Source: Macrostomum lignano (lineage: Eukaryota). From it: a stretch of 64,000 bases of DNA. The position numbers were made by a program, and so were the translations under genes. The DNA lies in contig NIVC01001673.1 in assembly GCA_002269645.1 (NCBI GenBank), positions 186,001 through 250,000 on the forward strand, read 5' to 3'. Shown here one piece after another: positions 25,095 through 38,240 of the stretch (positions are counted from its first letter, which is position 1; each line of letters starts with the position of its first letter). The notes beneath the pieces were generated by a model that saw nothing but the letters and a program-made list of their open reading frames with translations, was not told the DNA's origin and did no database searches.

Positions 25095-27571
25095 TCAAAC
25101 GCGTTCAGCCGCTCCCACATCCGGGGCCGCGCTTTCCGCCTGCCGCTGCCGGCCCTCCGGGATCTCCACAGAGTTGCATCTCCGGCTTTTGGCGGTCCTT
25201 CGCGCTGCCACCGCGCCGTTCACCAGGTGGTAGGCCAGCTCCAGCAGCTCGCACAGGGTCAGCAGGCTGCAGCCGATGTACAGGCCAAGGAGGCCGCCGA
25301 TGTCAGCCAGGAAGGCCACCCACGAGTAGGAGTAGGCGATGACAATCCTCGATGACCGATGGCTCTTCACGGAGATGTACACCTCGATCATGGCCTCGGT
25401 GACGTAGTGCCGGAACATTGACTCGGTGTGGCTGGAGTGATTATCTGCGGTTAAAGCAAAGCAACGGCTGCTCAGGGTGAACCTACTCTCTGAGTTGTGC
25501 TCTTAAGCTGACGAAACTGACTCAATCTGAGAGATTCAGGAGCCTAGAGATGCCTTGATGGTAGTCTTGATTTGCCTCAGTCTAGAGCATGAGAACAACT
25601 CACCGAACTGGATTTGCCTCAGTCTAGAGCATGAGAACAACTCACCGAACTGGATTTGCCTCAGTCTAGAGCATGAGAACAACTCACCGAACTGGATTTG
25701 CCTCAGTCTAGAGCATGAGCACAACTCACCGAACTGGATTTGCCTCAGTCTAGAGCATGAGAACAACTCACCGAACTGGATTTGCCTCAGTCTAGAGCAT
25801 GAGAACAACTCACCGAACTGGATTTGCCTCAGTCTAGAGCATGAGCACAACTCACCGAACTGGATTTGCCTCAGTCTAGAGCATGAGAACAACTCACCGA
25901 ACTGGATTTGCCTCAGTCTAGAGCATGAGAACAACTTACCGAACTGGATTTGCCTCAGTCTAGAGCATGAGAACAACTCACCGGACTGGATTTGCCTCAG
26001 TCTAGAGCATGAGCACAACTCACCGGACTGGATTTGCCTCAATCTATAGCATGAGCACAACTCACCAGACTGGATTTGCCTCAGTCTAGAGCATGAGAAC
26101 AACTCACCGGACTGGATTTGCCTTAGTCTAGAGCATGAGAACAACTCACCGAACTGGATTTGCCTCAGTCTAGAGCATGAGCACAACTCACCGGACTGGA
26201 TTTGCCTCGACAGATCCACCAGCCTGCGGGTGGCGGGCGGCCCATGTCGGTGTACCAGTCGGGGTATTCGTTGACAAGGAAGTCGGCCAGAGCTCTGCTC
26301 GCCCGTGGCCACTTCACAGACGTCGAGGTCGCGCTGTACTCAGTGAACTCACACGGCTGTTCCTTCTTGCAATAGTCGGTGATGTGCTGAGTGTGGATGT
26401 CGATGAACTTCCTCACGTCGTACAGGGAGACATTCTCGATGGCGGCCTTCGTCATCTCGATCTCCGTCATGTTCTCAAACCTGGGCACGTCTCTCTGGCT
26501 CCACGGCTTCGGGTACAGAGAGAACACAAATTGGAACTCCTTCTGCAGCAGGAGGTTCATCTGAGTGTAGAAGCAAGACGCTGGGCTGCTCTTGAACTCC
26601 TGCCTTTCGCCGTTAGCTGGTTCTGAAAGATAGCAACTTCCTGCTTGGGGTTGCAGTACTTGCCGTTGAGCTCGTGCTGTGGACTGTCTCCTCCATGTCG
26701 ATGGAGACGTGGTAGGACCTGCCGGCGGCCAGGCCCAGCTTGGCTTCGTGCATCAGAGATGGATAAGTGCCTCTGGGCACCACCTGCAGGGTGTAACCCA
26801 GGCTGGTGATGCTGTGGTAGCCGTCTATGGACTGCCAGTTCTGGAACGGGACGCTCTTGTTGAGGAACCGGTTCACAATGGGCTTTACCTCCACTCCGGT
26901 GAAGGTGAAATCGGAATAGTGCGGATCGACAAGAAGCCAGGAGAGCAGGACGGATCGCTTGTAGCTGAGGCTCTCCAGGCTCTCCGCGGACACCGAGATC
27001 TTGTAGCAGAATCCGGTTGTCGGGTGGATGAAGACAGTCTGGCGGCGTACCTGCTGCTGGTGCTGTAAGACTGGTAGCGAACGTAGGCCAGGTGAGGAAG
27101 GACTGGTTCTCCTGCTGCAGCAGGTAGCGGTTGAGGATGTGCACCGCATGGACAGCTGGATCCGGGACACCCGGCGAAATGTGGCCTTCTCTCCGTGGGT
27201 GCAGAATTCGCGCTCTTGCTGCAGTACAGCCTGTCATATAGCCGGCTCAGCCTCTCAACTTCATCATTAACCACCTTGGCCTCGGCCTCCTTGAGAGTGT
27301 AGGGTATGCTGCCAGAGTAGATGAGGCTCGGCAGAAGTAGATGTCCGGAAACTCGAACGGCACCTTGTCAGACTCGTAAGTCCGCACCACGGTGATGTTG
27401 ATGAGGCCTGCTGATGAGCGTGGAGGCGCTCTTGCAGCACAGGGCGAGGAACAGCAGGAACAGGACTGTCCACATCACCTTCAAAGTCGTCGAGCGGGCG
27501 CCCACAGCCCGGCTGATGCCGTGCGCGCTGCTGTCAGCGATGGCCGCCGCCATGGCCTTCCCGGCCGACAT
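25095..27571 (-). CDS. DEG/ENaC subunit, right copy; exons 27571-26192 and 25444-25095
   Basis: Mirror of the left copy with its own 1-nt indels, mostly at 26230 and 26600-27420. Confidence 0.85.
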
Positions 27572-28167
27572 TTCCTAGTCGTCTCTTCAGCCCTTGGTGT
27601 ATTCGGTTTCTGCCTGAAGAAGTGCAGCCAGCGGGACAGAGCTCGGTTTGGCTTGGCAAGGAGCTGTCAGCAAAAGTGTTCTGTTTAGATATTCATAGAT
27701 GTGCCTGGGAATCCGAAAACTCCCCAGGGCACCCGTGGGATTGGCTGGGTACTTCTCCCGATCCCTCTGGCCCCCAGATTCATCCTGGTGTTTTTATCAC
27801 TCAGCATCCAGATCCCAATTGGAAATCAAAAGCCAAGTCCAGGATTGAACGGTTCCGCATCAGCTGAAATACTTTTGAACACACGATGAGCTCGCAATCT
27901 GCCGTTGCATCCTGCTACAAAGCGTTTGATGAGCCTCGGATTCGTAGAAACCTGTGATGGCCGCAGATGCAATTTCACATTTTTGCAGCAAAACTTTTCG
28001 CCACTTCCGTGGGTCAAAATGACAGTACAGTAATCGTTTCTTACAAAAAAAGCTACTGACAGAATCAAGTATTGGTTTCGACTGAATTGAGCGCAGTAAA
28101 CGCGGTTTACGAGGCTTGACAACAACTTTTTCGTACGTGTAATTTTAAGGCTCTCCCTAATTTAAAA

Positions 28168-29531
28168 CTAACAGGCAGCAGAACAATCGTAAAAATTTAA
28201 CCCGGCAAATCGCCAACCCAAATTTGAGTCCCAGTCAACTGAAGCAGCGGTGGCAATGCAGCTCTCAGTTGTCGAGTGCCCAAGTCCCGCAGTCAGCAGG
28301 TCCTGCACCAGCTGCAGCCCGATCTCCGGCCGGTCCGTCGCCACGAAGTGTCCGGTGCCAATCATCGTCCGGTACCTGATTCGGCCACCCAGGTAGGACC
28401 TCTGGATGCCTCCGATCTGCAGTCCGTAGCCCGGCTTTCTCAGACACCAGAACCAGGGGTCCTGACGGCTGACTGGGTCCGGGGGCAGCCGCTCCAGCAG
28501 CTGCAGCGTCAACCCCACGGGCAGCATGTAGTCCAGGACTCCGGTGTACAACAGCACCGGCACGTTGTGATTCGCTAGGCTCTGAAACTCACCCAGGACG
28601 TCTCGCACAGACTGGATATACTCACTAAACAATGTGTCGTTGCAGATGGTAAAATTCACAGCAAAATTTTCGTTGACGCCAAGAGCTACTCGAGCGTCAG
28701 CGTCGTTCAAGAAGCTCGTGAGACCCGTGGAGTTTAGGTAGAGATAGTTGTCCAGCTGCCCGTCGCTGTAGCACCGCTGGGCGATGTTGTACGGGTTCAC
28801 TCGGCGGGAGTCCTTCAGGAGAATACATGTATATTGCGGCATGGTGCGCTGTTTGTTCTGAAGCATGCAAACAAATTTGAACAGATGATAGAAACTTTGA
28901 TACCGTCTTCATGACACTGGACCCTCTGTACGAGTAGCTGATGCCCATTGCGTCCGTCAGGGCTCTGCGGTGCGATTCAAAGACCGAGTCATTGTACGGC
29001 ATGTGCAGGCCGTTGCCCACGGCGATGCCCTTCAGGTTGATGAGGCCGGGACGGTGCCCGCCGTCGATGATGGCGCTGGCCAGCAGCGGGATGTAGATCC
29101 CCGCGTAGCTCTCTCCCGCGATGTAGAAGGCCCGGCCTCGGTACTCGGGGAACAGGCTGTAGAAGTGGAGCAGCGCTCCCAGGTTCAGCCGCGTGGTCGC
29201 GTTATCGTTGAGCTCGGTCGGGTCGGTGGGTCCGGGCTCGCTCAGGCCGACACCGCTGGGCGAGTCGATGTACAGCACGTTGGCCAGCCGGTTCCACGCG
29301 AAGTCGTTGCGCTCCAGCTCGGCGCGGTCGTTCGCCAGGAACGGCCCGTTCGTCATGAGCAGGCCGCCGACCGAGGAGCCGTTCATCCACAGCACGAGAG
29401 GAGCCGTCGAGGCGTCCACGTGGGAGCTCTCGACCAGCCAGTAGAAGAGGCGCCGGCTGCCGCCGCTGCCGCTGCTGGAGGTCAGGTAGCCCGAGTACTG
29501 GGTGAAGTTCGGGCGGAACAGCAACCGCGGC
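28168..29531 (-). CDS. Serine carboxypeptidase 2, right copy; exons 29531-28904 and 28812-28168
   Basis: Mirror of 17662-19025 with AGESYAG and the same GPGC deletion. Confidence 0.78.
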
Positions 29532-31601
29532 CTGCGCTTGATTATAATTTAGCTGACTGGTTGCCATACCGCTGTGGCACTGTCTTCACTTCGGTAAACC
29601 CCAGGTCGGACGAGAGGGTTCGGTCAGCATAAAGTGATTGCTGTTGGCAATCCTTTCGTTGCAAGACAGACATTCCACTGTTTGCTAAACGCATGATTTT
29701 ATCAAAAAAATTGTATGAACACAAGGAGCCTCGGGTACTTTGTTTATATAGAGCCCTTCCGCGTTGGGTCCGACTCCGAACCCCTGATACCAAAGCCTGC
29801 CAACCAATAGAAACCCCTCTCTACTCAGAAATCGAACCCTTCCGTAGGCCCTTCCACTACTCGGAAATTCCAAGTCATCGGCACCTCTATGCAGTTGCGA
29901 ACCACATGCCCCTTTCCGACCAATCACATTGAAACCACATTGAAACCCCTCACCACACACGGGTGAATGACACTCAACCCATGGACACTCACCCACTTCC
30001 AGACACTCACCTGCCTGACCCCTCCTCTGGCTTTCCCCACCCCTCCTGTCCAACCCCACCTCTGGGCTGCCCCATCCTTCTTCCATCCTACCTCACCTCA
30101 CCCCCAGCCTGCTCGACCCCCTCTATCCTGCCGCACCCCGCCTCTGGCCTACCCCACCCCACCTGCGGCCTGCCCCAGCCAATCAGCGACGTGCGGCAGA
30201 CCGTACCATTTTTCTACTACTGAGCTCCTATCAGGTATTTTAATCATATGCAACGCCGCGTTCCGCTGTGCTGTGTTGGTAGAGCATTTTTAACAAATTA
30301 ATTTTTCTAATTTTGAGAACCGACTACTGAGCCGAATTTTATGTTGTTTTTGTTTTAGTTAAAGGCTGGGGGCTGTGTGCACCCTGGCGCACTTTAAGCG
30401 ACATTGTCACCCAACCGGCGAGCGGCATTGCTGCCCATTCCGCTGACTCCCCTGAGCAGGCACACAAGCGTGCGGATATGCACAGGCACACACTCACATA
30501 GGAGTGTACAGCGGCCCTAACTTTTTTATCATTAGGAATGTACACTTCATTCACTGTGCCTTGGAGCTTGGGGGCGTCGTGCGTTAATTGCATGAGCTGA
30601 CCCAAGCCGAGATTCCAATTTAGCCCCAAATTAATGTGACTGCACTTGGAATCGAGCCTGGGCCGCTGGCACATCAGAGCACCACACTTGACCACTGGGC
30701 TACGGCCCCATGTTGTTTCTGTTAGTTTTCAATGTAAGTTCTGGTATGGCTATATACGAATAATTGAAATATAATGCAATTGAAGGCAGTGCATCGACAT
30801 CATTGACGTTTTCTCTGTACTCTTTTCATTTCTTTAAACCATGGACAGTTGCGCAATCCCACAATCCTGCGCACGAAAAACGAGTGCATTTTGTCATAGA
30901 CGCACGGTTTGCCAAAGATCATTGTCTTTTGACCACGGACAGTCTATAGGCAATGTTATAAAGCTCAACTTAGCTTCAACGATCGCATCTGTAATCGACT
31001 TGTCTCAGAGTCCTCCACTAATTGATATGCGCAACGCAACAGTGTGTGGATCTAGTGAAGAAGAATTGTTTATCGAAGCTGCTTAAAGCAAATTTGAGAA
31101 GGCGAGCGATGAAGGCTGGATCGGTTGTGGATTTCATGTTTGACTAAGAATTAGAGTAACTTGTCAGCTCGGATCCGGAAACCATGTGCACGCTTGACGA
31201 AACCAAATGCTGTGCAGTTCATTTTCGAGTGGAGTTTGAGAATGATTTGAGTGTAGACTCATTAACTGTTTGCTCTTCGTTTGTCTCGTCGCTTTGATGT
31301 TTATCTTCTTTCATGTTAATATGTTGTGTCTAAAAATAAATTTGTCTGGTCGTGCAGGAATGAAAAACTCGTTCCTTTAAGATTAGCTAATGTTACTTAA
31401 GTGAATTTTTACCATGGACAAAGTCTCGCACTCGTTAGTGTTCAAGAATCCTTCCATTCTCTGCCATAGATATTCGATTTCAGTGCGAGTGTACAAATTT
31501 TCTTTCAAGTGAATTCTGCAGTTTTTATAAAGCCGCACTAACTAGGCTTTACCATAGAAATGATCGCATAGTTTCATAGCTGCACCCAAATATACACTGC
31601 T

Positions 31602-32798
31602 TTGAGGGTGAGGTCGCTCATCGCAGTACTTCAGACACCCTCCAACTTTGTCCCACTGGTTCACAGCATCTATGTCAGCAGCCTGCACGCCCGGTTGTCA
31701 AGCACCGTAGCCGGCTGCCAGTACGTGCTCGGCGACCTCGTTGTCGAGAACTTTGGCGTCAACCCGATTACCGAAGCACCGCTGGTCAACGTCATCATCA
31801 AGCTGCGCACTGACTTCCTGGACTCTGTCGAGGAGATCAGCGGCCAGCTGGTGATCAGGCGGGTCAACTTGCAGCGCATCAGCCTGCGGAGTCTGCGCAT
31901 CATTCAGGGCAAAAACCTGGAGACAAGAGGCTAGTTCTACGTTCTACAGGTGATGCAGCCAATGTATCCGACTCGGCTGGAGCTGCTCAGCTGAGCGCCA
32001 GCCTGTACTGCTATCTGTCGGCGCTCGATCGACTGGGCCAACTTGCTGCTGAGTTGCGGCAAATTTAAGCATAAATTTATCGATCAGACCTCCGTTTTAA
32101 CCATCGGCGACGGGCAGGTCACCTTGATGCGGTCAACACCGCCTGCTCGTCGGTGGCCAGCTGACATGCCAACTGCAGCCCGCAGGCCTCGGAAAAGAAG
32201 CTGTGTTGGTTTAGGCGGGCCCAATGGCTGCCAGAGCTTTCATGGCTGCCTTGAGCGGTTCCAGTGCAGCAGCTGCTACCGCGATCCGGACACGGGTAGG
32301 GAGGAGTGCTGCGATAGCCAGTGCGTAGGCGGCTGCTCCGGCAGGCCCGAGGCTTGCTCCGCTTGCCGCGGCGTGCGCTTGATGGCGTCTGCAAACGGAA
32401 CATATTTGTGTGAAAAAGTGCGACAAGAATTTGCTAACCAGCTCGGACGGTCAGTATTGCTTACCCCAGAGCCCGCCAAATGAGATTCCAACTGACGGTG
32501 CGTGATTTGGGATACGAATTCGGCTCTAAGCGTGAAGGCTCCAATTATGGCCAGCGAGGCCAGTGTGCAGGCTCTGGAATCGCTGCAGGTTTTCTACCGT
32601 CGCCTCTTCATCATGCGGGCAGATCGGCTGGGCGCCGACAACCTGCGATTCGTGTCGGGGAATTTCGGTATCATGTTTCTGAGGGCTCGGTACATCGGAC
32701 TGGCTCGCCTGCAGCACGCTCACCACCTGCTGCTGAGAGGCATCTGCGGCCTGTGCAGGGTTTGGTATCTTTGGCAAATTGGCAGTATAAAAGACTGA
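31602..32798 (+). pseudogene. Decayed EGFR/insulin-receptor-type ectodomain (receptor L domain, furin-like Cys-rich, partial second L domain)
   Basis: GCQYVLGDL...FLDSVEEISGQLVI...LRSLRIIQG (L domain), SIDWANLL, CCDSQCVGGCSGRPEACSACR (furin-like). In-frame stops at 31932-31934 and about 31992, plus frame changes. No transmembrane or kinase segment seen. Confidence 0.75.
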
Positions 32799-33870
32799 GT
32801 GAACTATAAACTGCTAGTGGCTTGCTGATGTCGAGGACCTGTTGTGATGTTTAACACGTACTAGAGCATATTGTTACCATTCTGTATTCCTCTAGTACGG
32901 ATCTGTTTGTTCCTACTTTAGTTATATTTATGCGATAAGATGTTTTTAGGATGTTTTCGCTTGTTAACAATGGACAAAATGAAACAGTTTGATAAAACGG
33001 GTCAATATCTGAATACACTGAAAGTACGCAGCACGATTTTAGCAGTGCTTTTTGAATTTCTACAAAGAAATATCAATCAATTTTAAATGATTCGTAGCCG
33101 TCTTTTGGACAAGGACTATAATGTAGTCCACTAGAGTAGTCCTTGGTGTTGGGCAGAAAATCGACACACGTGAAGCTGTTGCAATAGCTGTTACAATTAT
33201 TTTGCTATCAGCCCGTACAAGACCTTGATGCGGTTGCTAACAATGAAATTAAAATAATAATACTCGTGAACACCGCCTGAGGAACATCTGAAACATTGTT
33301 GCTGCTACTTGATGCAAAATTCTATTATCCTTGGATAAAGACAGCGTAAAATAAGCAACACAAAGCAACGCAGGCACATGAACTTCAAGAACATGGGCTG
33401 AATTTTGTTGCACACCTTCTGACACAAGAATGCAGACCATCGAGATAATCCAAAGTTCTGCCAGGAGGTCGGATTAGTGTATTTAGTACACCCCTGTGCG
33501 GCAATCAGCACTGCGTCTCAGTGCGGCCTTAACAAGCCTTCAACTTTCATCAGCGCGTCGACCACGTTCTCCTAGTATCTGGCTTTGTTGGTCACTGGCC
33601 TTCACCCACGCGGAGCTTTTGGACATTCAAAAGTGGCACTAGGTGGCTATGGACACCCTGTTGCGAATTTCTCCAGTTTTTCTGATCAAGCCTCGGCGGT
33701 GAGCAAACATCAACTGCTGGACATCCTCAGCTAATCTCTCAAGCGTTCACCACCTCGACGCCGTAAGCACCTTAGCCAGGTGACACCCTTGGTATAGTTC
33801 TACTGTTGATGAGCTCCAAATCTCTGTTCACGACACGACTGACACTATCGAGCTGAGTTCCATGAAATTT

Positions 33871-34320
33871 GAGCCCTCACTACCGCGCTGAGTCCTCACT
33901 ACCGCACTGAGCCCTTCACTACCGCGCTGAGCGACTCACTACCGCACTGAGCCCCTCACTACCGCGCTGAGCCCCTCACTACCGCACTGAGCCCCTCACT
34001 ACCGCGCTGAGCCCCTCACTACCGCGCTGAGCCCCTCACTACCGCGCTGAGCCCCTCACTACCGCACTGAGCCCCTCACTACCGCGCTGAGCCCCTCACT
34101 ACCGCGCTGAGCCCCTCACTACCGCACTGAGCCCCTCACTACCGCGCTGAGCGACTCACTACCGCACTGAGCCCCTCACTACCGCACTGAGCCCCTCACT
34201 ACCGCACTGAGCCCCTCACTACCGCACTGAGCCCCTCACTACCGCGCTGAGCCCCTCACTACCGCGCTGAGGCCCTCACTACCGCGTTGAGCCCCTCACT
34301 ACCGCGCTGAGCCCCTCACT
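33871..34320. repeat. 20-bp minisatellite, mirror copy
   Basis: Seen directly. Confidence 0.96.
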
Positions 34321-34898
34321 TATTGAACCGCTTACTATTGCGCTGAGCAACTTATACCTTTAGGAGTATTAAGTCTCACAAGGACTCTGCGTTCCTCATT
34401 CTGAAGAATTGAAATTTTAGGTTTTTTGGAAGGCATGACGATTTCTTGGGTGAATAATGGAAATGGCTATAAGTTAGCATACCAAAGTAGAGTCTCTTAA
34501 GGAGTCGCATTTTATGTCAGTACGAGCGTACGCGAGTATATGGCAGTTTATGGCAGTATGTGAGTGGGGCAGTTCAACACCCAATTGTAGTTGTTGAGGC
34601 TCACCTGACACACAAACGGTTGCAAAACATTATTAAACGCTGGCTGATAGCTTGCATGCACTTCTCTAATGACTCTCGTCTCGGTCTTTCTACCCCAGGC
34701 GGTTTGGGCTGCTGCACACTTATTGTTGTTTTCGCATCACTGCCTTTTGTAGCTAGCAGTTGTACGTACCCATGCTTTAGTAGGTGGATATAAATATGAT
34801 AAATATACGGACAGGAGTAGAGAATCCAGAGCTCAATGGTTACTTAACGTCGAGATAGCAGCTCTCCGCAACCATACATACACCTGTGACCCGCTGAA

Positions 34899-37800
34899 AT
34901 GCCGGGCAACGAACCTTCGGCAGAGCCCACGGAAGATGAGTTGATTTCAGCTCTGGCCTCTAACAACTCGGGCGCTGTTCAAAGTATTATTTCTGGTGGA
35001 AAATGTGTTGACCATTTTATTGTGTATAAAGGTAAACATTTTACGCCGGCAATGATTGCATGCGACTTAGAACGGACAGATCTCCTCATCATATTAATTG
35101 AAGCAAAGGTGGATTTGGATAGGCAAAACAGCGACGGCATCTCAGCTTTGTATCTAGCTTCATACCAAGGCTTTTTTACAATTGTCGAGCTACTAATTCA
35201 AGCACAAGTCGATGTCAATCTTCAAACACGTGAGGGAAAATCATCTCTTTTTGCAGCATCGCAGCACGGTCATCATCAAGTGGCTAAGCTGCTCATAAAA
35301 GCCCAAGCCGATATTGATCTTGCCTATTGTTCTCCTCTTTACATGGCGGCGCAGGAGGGTCATTGCAAGGTTATTGAGTCGCTAGTCAGAGCGCAAGCTG
35401 AAGTAAATCTTCAAACAGTGATCGGCTCCACGCCACTGTACGTTGCCTCGCTTGAGGATCGGTATCAAGCAGTAGAATTGCTCATTAAAGCACAAGCTGA
35501 TGTCGACCTTCAGGATTTTGATGGGTTTTCGCCCCTATACATCGCTTCAGAGCAGGGCTATCTAAAGGTGGTGAACTCACTAATCGGAGGAAAAGCTGAC
35601 GTAAATCTTCAAGATTCTAAAGGCTGCTCACCGATATTCGCAGCGTGTCAGCAAGGGCATTACCAAGTAGTCGAGTCTCTCTTGAAAGCCCAAGCCGATG
35701 TCACCAGTGCAAATGGCGCAGGAAAGACACCTTTAGATATTGCTTCACAAAACAATCACTATCAGACTGTCAAGTTAATTATCGAGTTCTGCATTCGTAA
35801 TGGCATCCAAGGCAGCTATTTAAAACAGGGTCTGAGATGTGCCGAAGAGTTTGAGAATGACCGTGTTGTGGAACTGTTTCATGCTGCCACGTCACTGGAT
35901 GACTCTGGAATAAACGTTGAAAAGTAAGTGCTGCATTTTTGATAGCTGATTTGATTACTTATGGGTAGCTGGGAGGGAGAATGAATCCAACCCTCGCGCT
36001 CACTTCTTGGGTTACATCACGCAGCATGGGCCATATTACGCAGGTTCAGGACTCAGGTGCTGGCCTGAAGGCTCGTGCGATTTTCACTCATGTGGACCGA
36101 CCCTCAAGCTTCAGAATATACATACAGACGATGCCGAGAGCAGATATACAGCTCTGCGTGTGTGCCTGAGTACATATTCGCTCAGGTGCTCAGGTGCCGT
36201 CCGAGGAACGTCCATAGTTACTTTCCCCTCGCTGGATGTTTGTCGATGTGCAAACTGCATGTCATCTACGAGCTACTGACTTAAAATTCTTTATCTTAAC
36301 GCCCCGATTTTAGAGCGCATGTGAAACATATATTACCACTGCTTTCATCCTACAGACAGACGCACAGTGATGAGGAACTAAGCCAGCTGCTTCACTTAGC
36401 CCTGTCTAAATCGGGTTTCGTGCAATCCCGTGCTGTTTTTCAAAGTTCGACCGCAGATTTTCTTCAAGATATTCTTTTTAAAAGATATCATACGGACGAG
36501 TACTTTGTCGTCGGCAGCTTCGCTGAAGGCTGGGGCAACAGCCTGGTCACTCTGGATGGTAGAACTGACTTCGACTCTGACGTTGACGTGATGTGGCTCA
36601 CTCATGGAAAACCCTTTCACCTGAAAGACTTTTGCGAGTGCGCTGACAGAAGTGAGCGGACAGTAGAGTACTGCAAGGGGCACATTTTGTGCTCTGGATT
36701 TGGTAAGAGTGCTGATGTCACTTTCTCCGCTACTACATTGTTTTGAAATAGAGCATTAATCAGACAAGCATACATACAAGCATACATACCTAAGCAGTAC
36801 AATCCAAAAATTTCAGCATCGAATCCAGCCCGCTCATATCTGGGGTTCAACCAGAGGCCGACTTTGGACGAGGTGCCGGCGCATCGCCTCTGCCGCTACC
36901 CGCCTATTGCTCCACTGCAGCCAGACAGAGTTGCGAAGTCCAACATCTTCCCAGCCGTGCTGCAGTCGATCCAGCGCGATGTTACTTCAGCCTCGTCACA
37001 CTGTCACATAGTGCACGCAGCTCCCCCTGGTAAGGCCGGTGAGCAGCTTCGAGTGAGCACCAGCTTCCTTGAGAGGCGGCTGTTACGAAGTCTGACCACT
37101 CTACAGGGTCAAATGTTTGTCATTCTGAAGTGGCTACTCAAAAAGGCAATCTGCCACAATGGCTTCAGGACGTATCATGCAAAGACAATCACGTTCCGTA
37201 TGCTAGAAGAGACGCCACCTGATCAGTGGAAATCAGAGAACCTGGTGAATCTCACGAGACGTTCGCTGCAGATTTTGATTGACAGTGTTGAGAACGCCTG
37301 TAGGTCAGGCTATTTGGATGGTCGGATTATGGACCACTTCTTCTTGAGCGATGCAGCTGTCTACCTAAAAGGCGCGGACCCAAACTCAGCCGACAGTGTG
37401 CGGGAATCACTGCACCAAGCATCAAGTGCAGCGAAGGACATTGTCGCTAGGCTGCCTGAGCTGCTAATTTATTTCAAGGACAGTCTGCAACCAATCAATG
37501 AATTCGGTCGATTTTACTTCAATCCATTCCTAATTCTTTCGCTACTTCCAGCTCATCATAGCACGCTTGTTTCAAGCGCCACCAAGTGCGAGTACCATGA
37601 GATTTATGACGTGCTGTTGGAAGCCATGCGTCGTCTGCCAGCTGTGGACGGCAATGCAGAGTCTCTCATGGATTTGATTGACAAGCTCCCAGACTGTGCT
37701 CGATCAGCGCGAGAGTCTGTCAGAGCAATTATTTGCCTTCAGTTGGGTAAAAGAGACGCTGCAGCGGATATTTTGAAAAGTCTCAAGGGCTTCAGCGCAA

Positions 37801-38240
37801 GTAGAGGCATTGATTGGCCGGCTGAAAGATCAGCCAGCGAAGCGACTGTGGAGTTCGTTTTGCAGCACCTGAAGAGTCAAGACTCTGTTTTGAAGCTTTG
37901 CTTTCGCACTAATCGGCGTCCGATTTTTCCTTTTAGAAATAAAAATATTGCCAATGTATTTCCTCTAGTTGTTAAGCATTACATCGGCTTACAGTACATG
38001 AACTTTGAAGCCCTGTTCCATGCTCTCCGACTAGAGCTAGAAGAGCCGATGGACGCGATCACCCGAGACTGGATTCGAGATGTTGCGGAAAGAGAAGATG
38101 CTGATGAACAGGAGCTGGTTGTGGCTGTGGAGAGTTGCGAAGATCTGCAACTGCTGAGGATGTTGCGGAGAAGAAGTTCTAAGGTATTGGGTGACGTGCC
38201 ACCATGGCTTGAAGAAAAATACAAACGTTTTCTAAACTGA
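34899..38240 (+). CDS. Ankyrin-repeat plus cGAS-like (Mab-21/cGLR) nucleotidyltransferase fusion, predicted 945 aa; exons 34899-35923, 36314-36702, 36817-38240
   Basis: About 8 ANK repeats. Phase-2 donor AA|GTAAGT (35924) matches phase-2 acceptor TTTTAG|A (36313). Phase-1 donor G|GTAAGA (36703) matches TTTCAG|CA (36816). Exons sum to 2838 nt with no internal stop. NTase motifs GSFAEG...DSDVDVM and LDEVPA; Mab-21 C-lobe LRVSTSFLERRLL, RTYHAKT, W..ENL, MDHFF. Confidence 0.8.

Noticed and set aside
36007-36284. ORFs inside ANK-cGLR intron 1
   Set aside because: No recognisable domain, the frames differ between arms, and I found no convincing splice pair. An alternative exon is not fully excluded.
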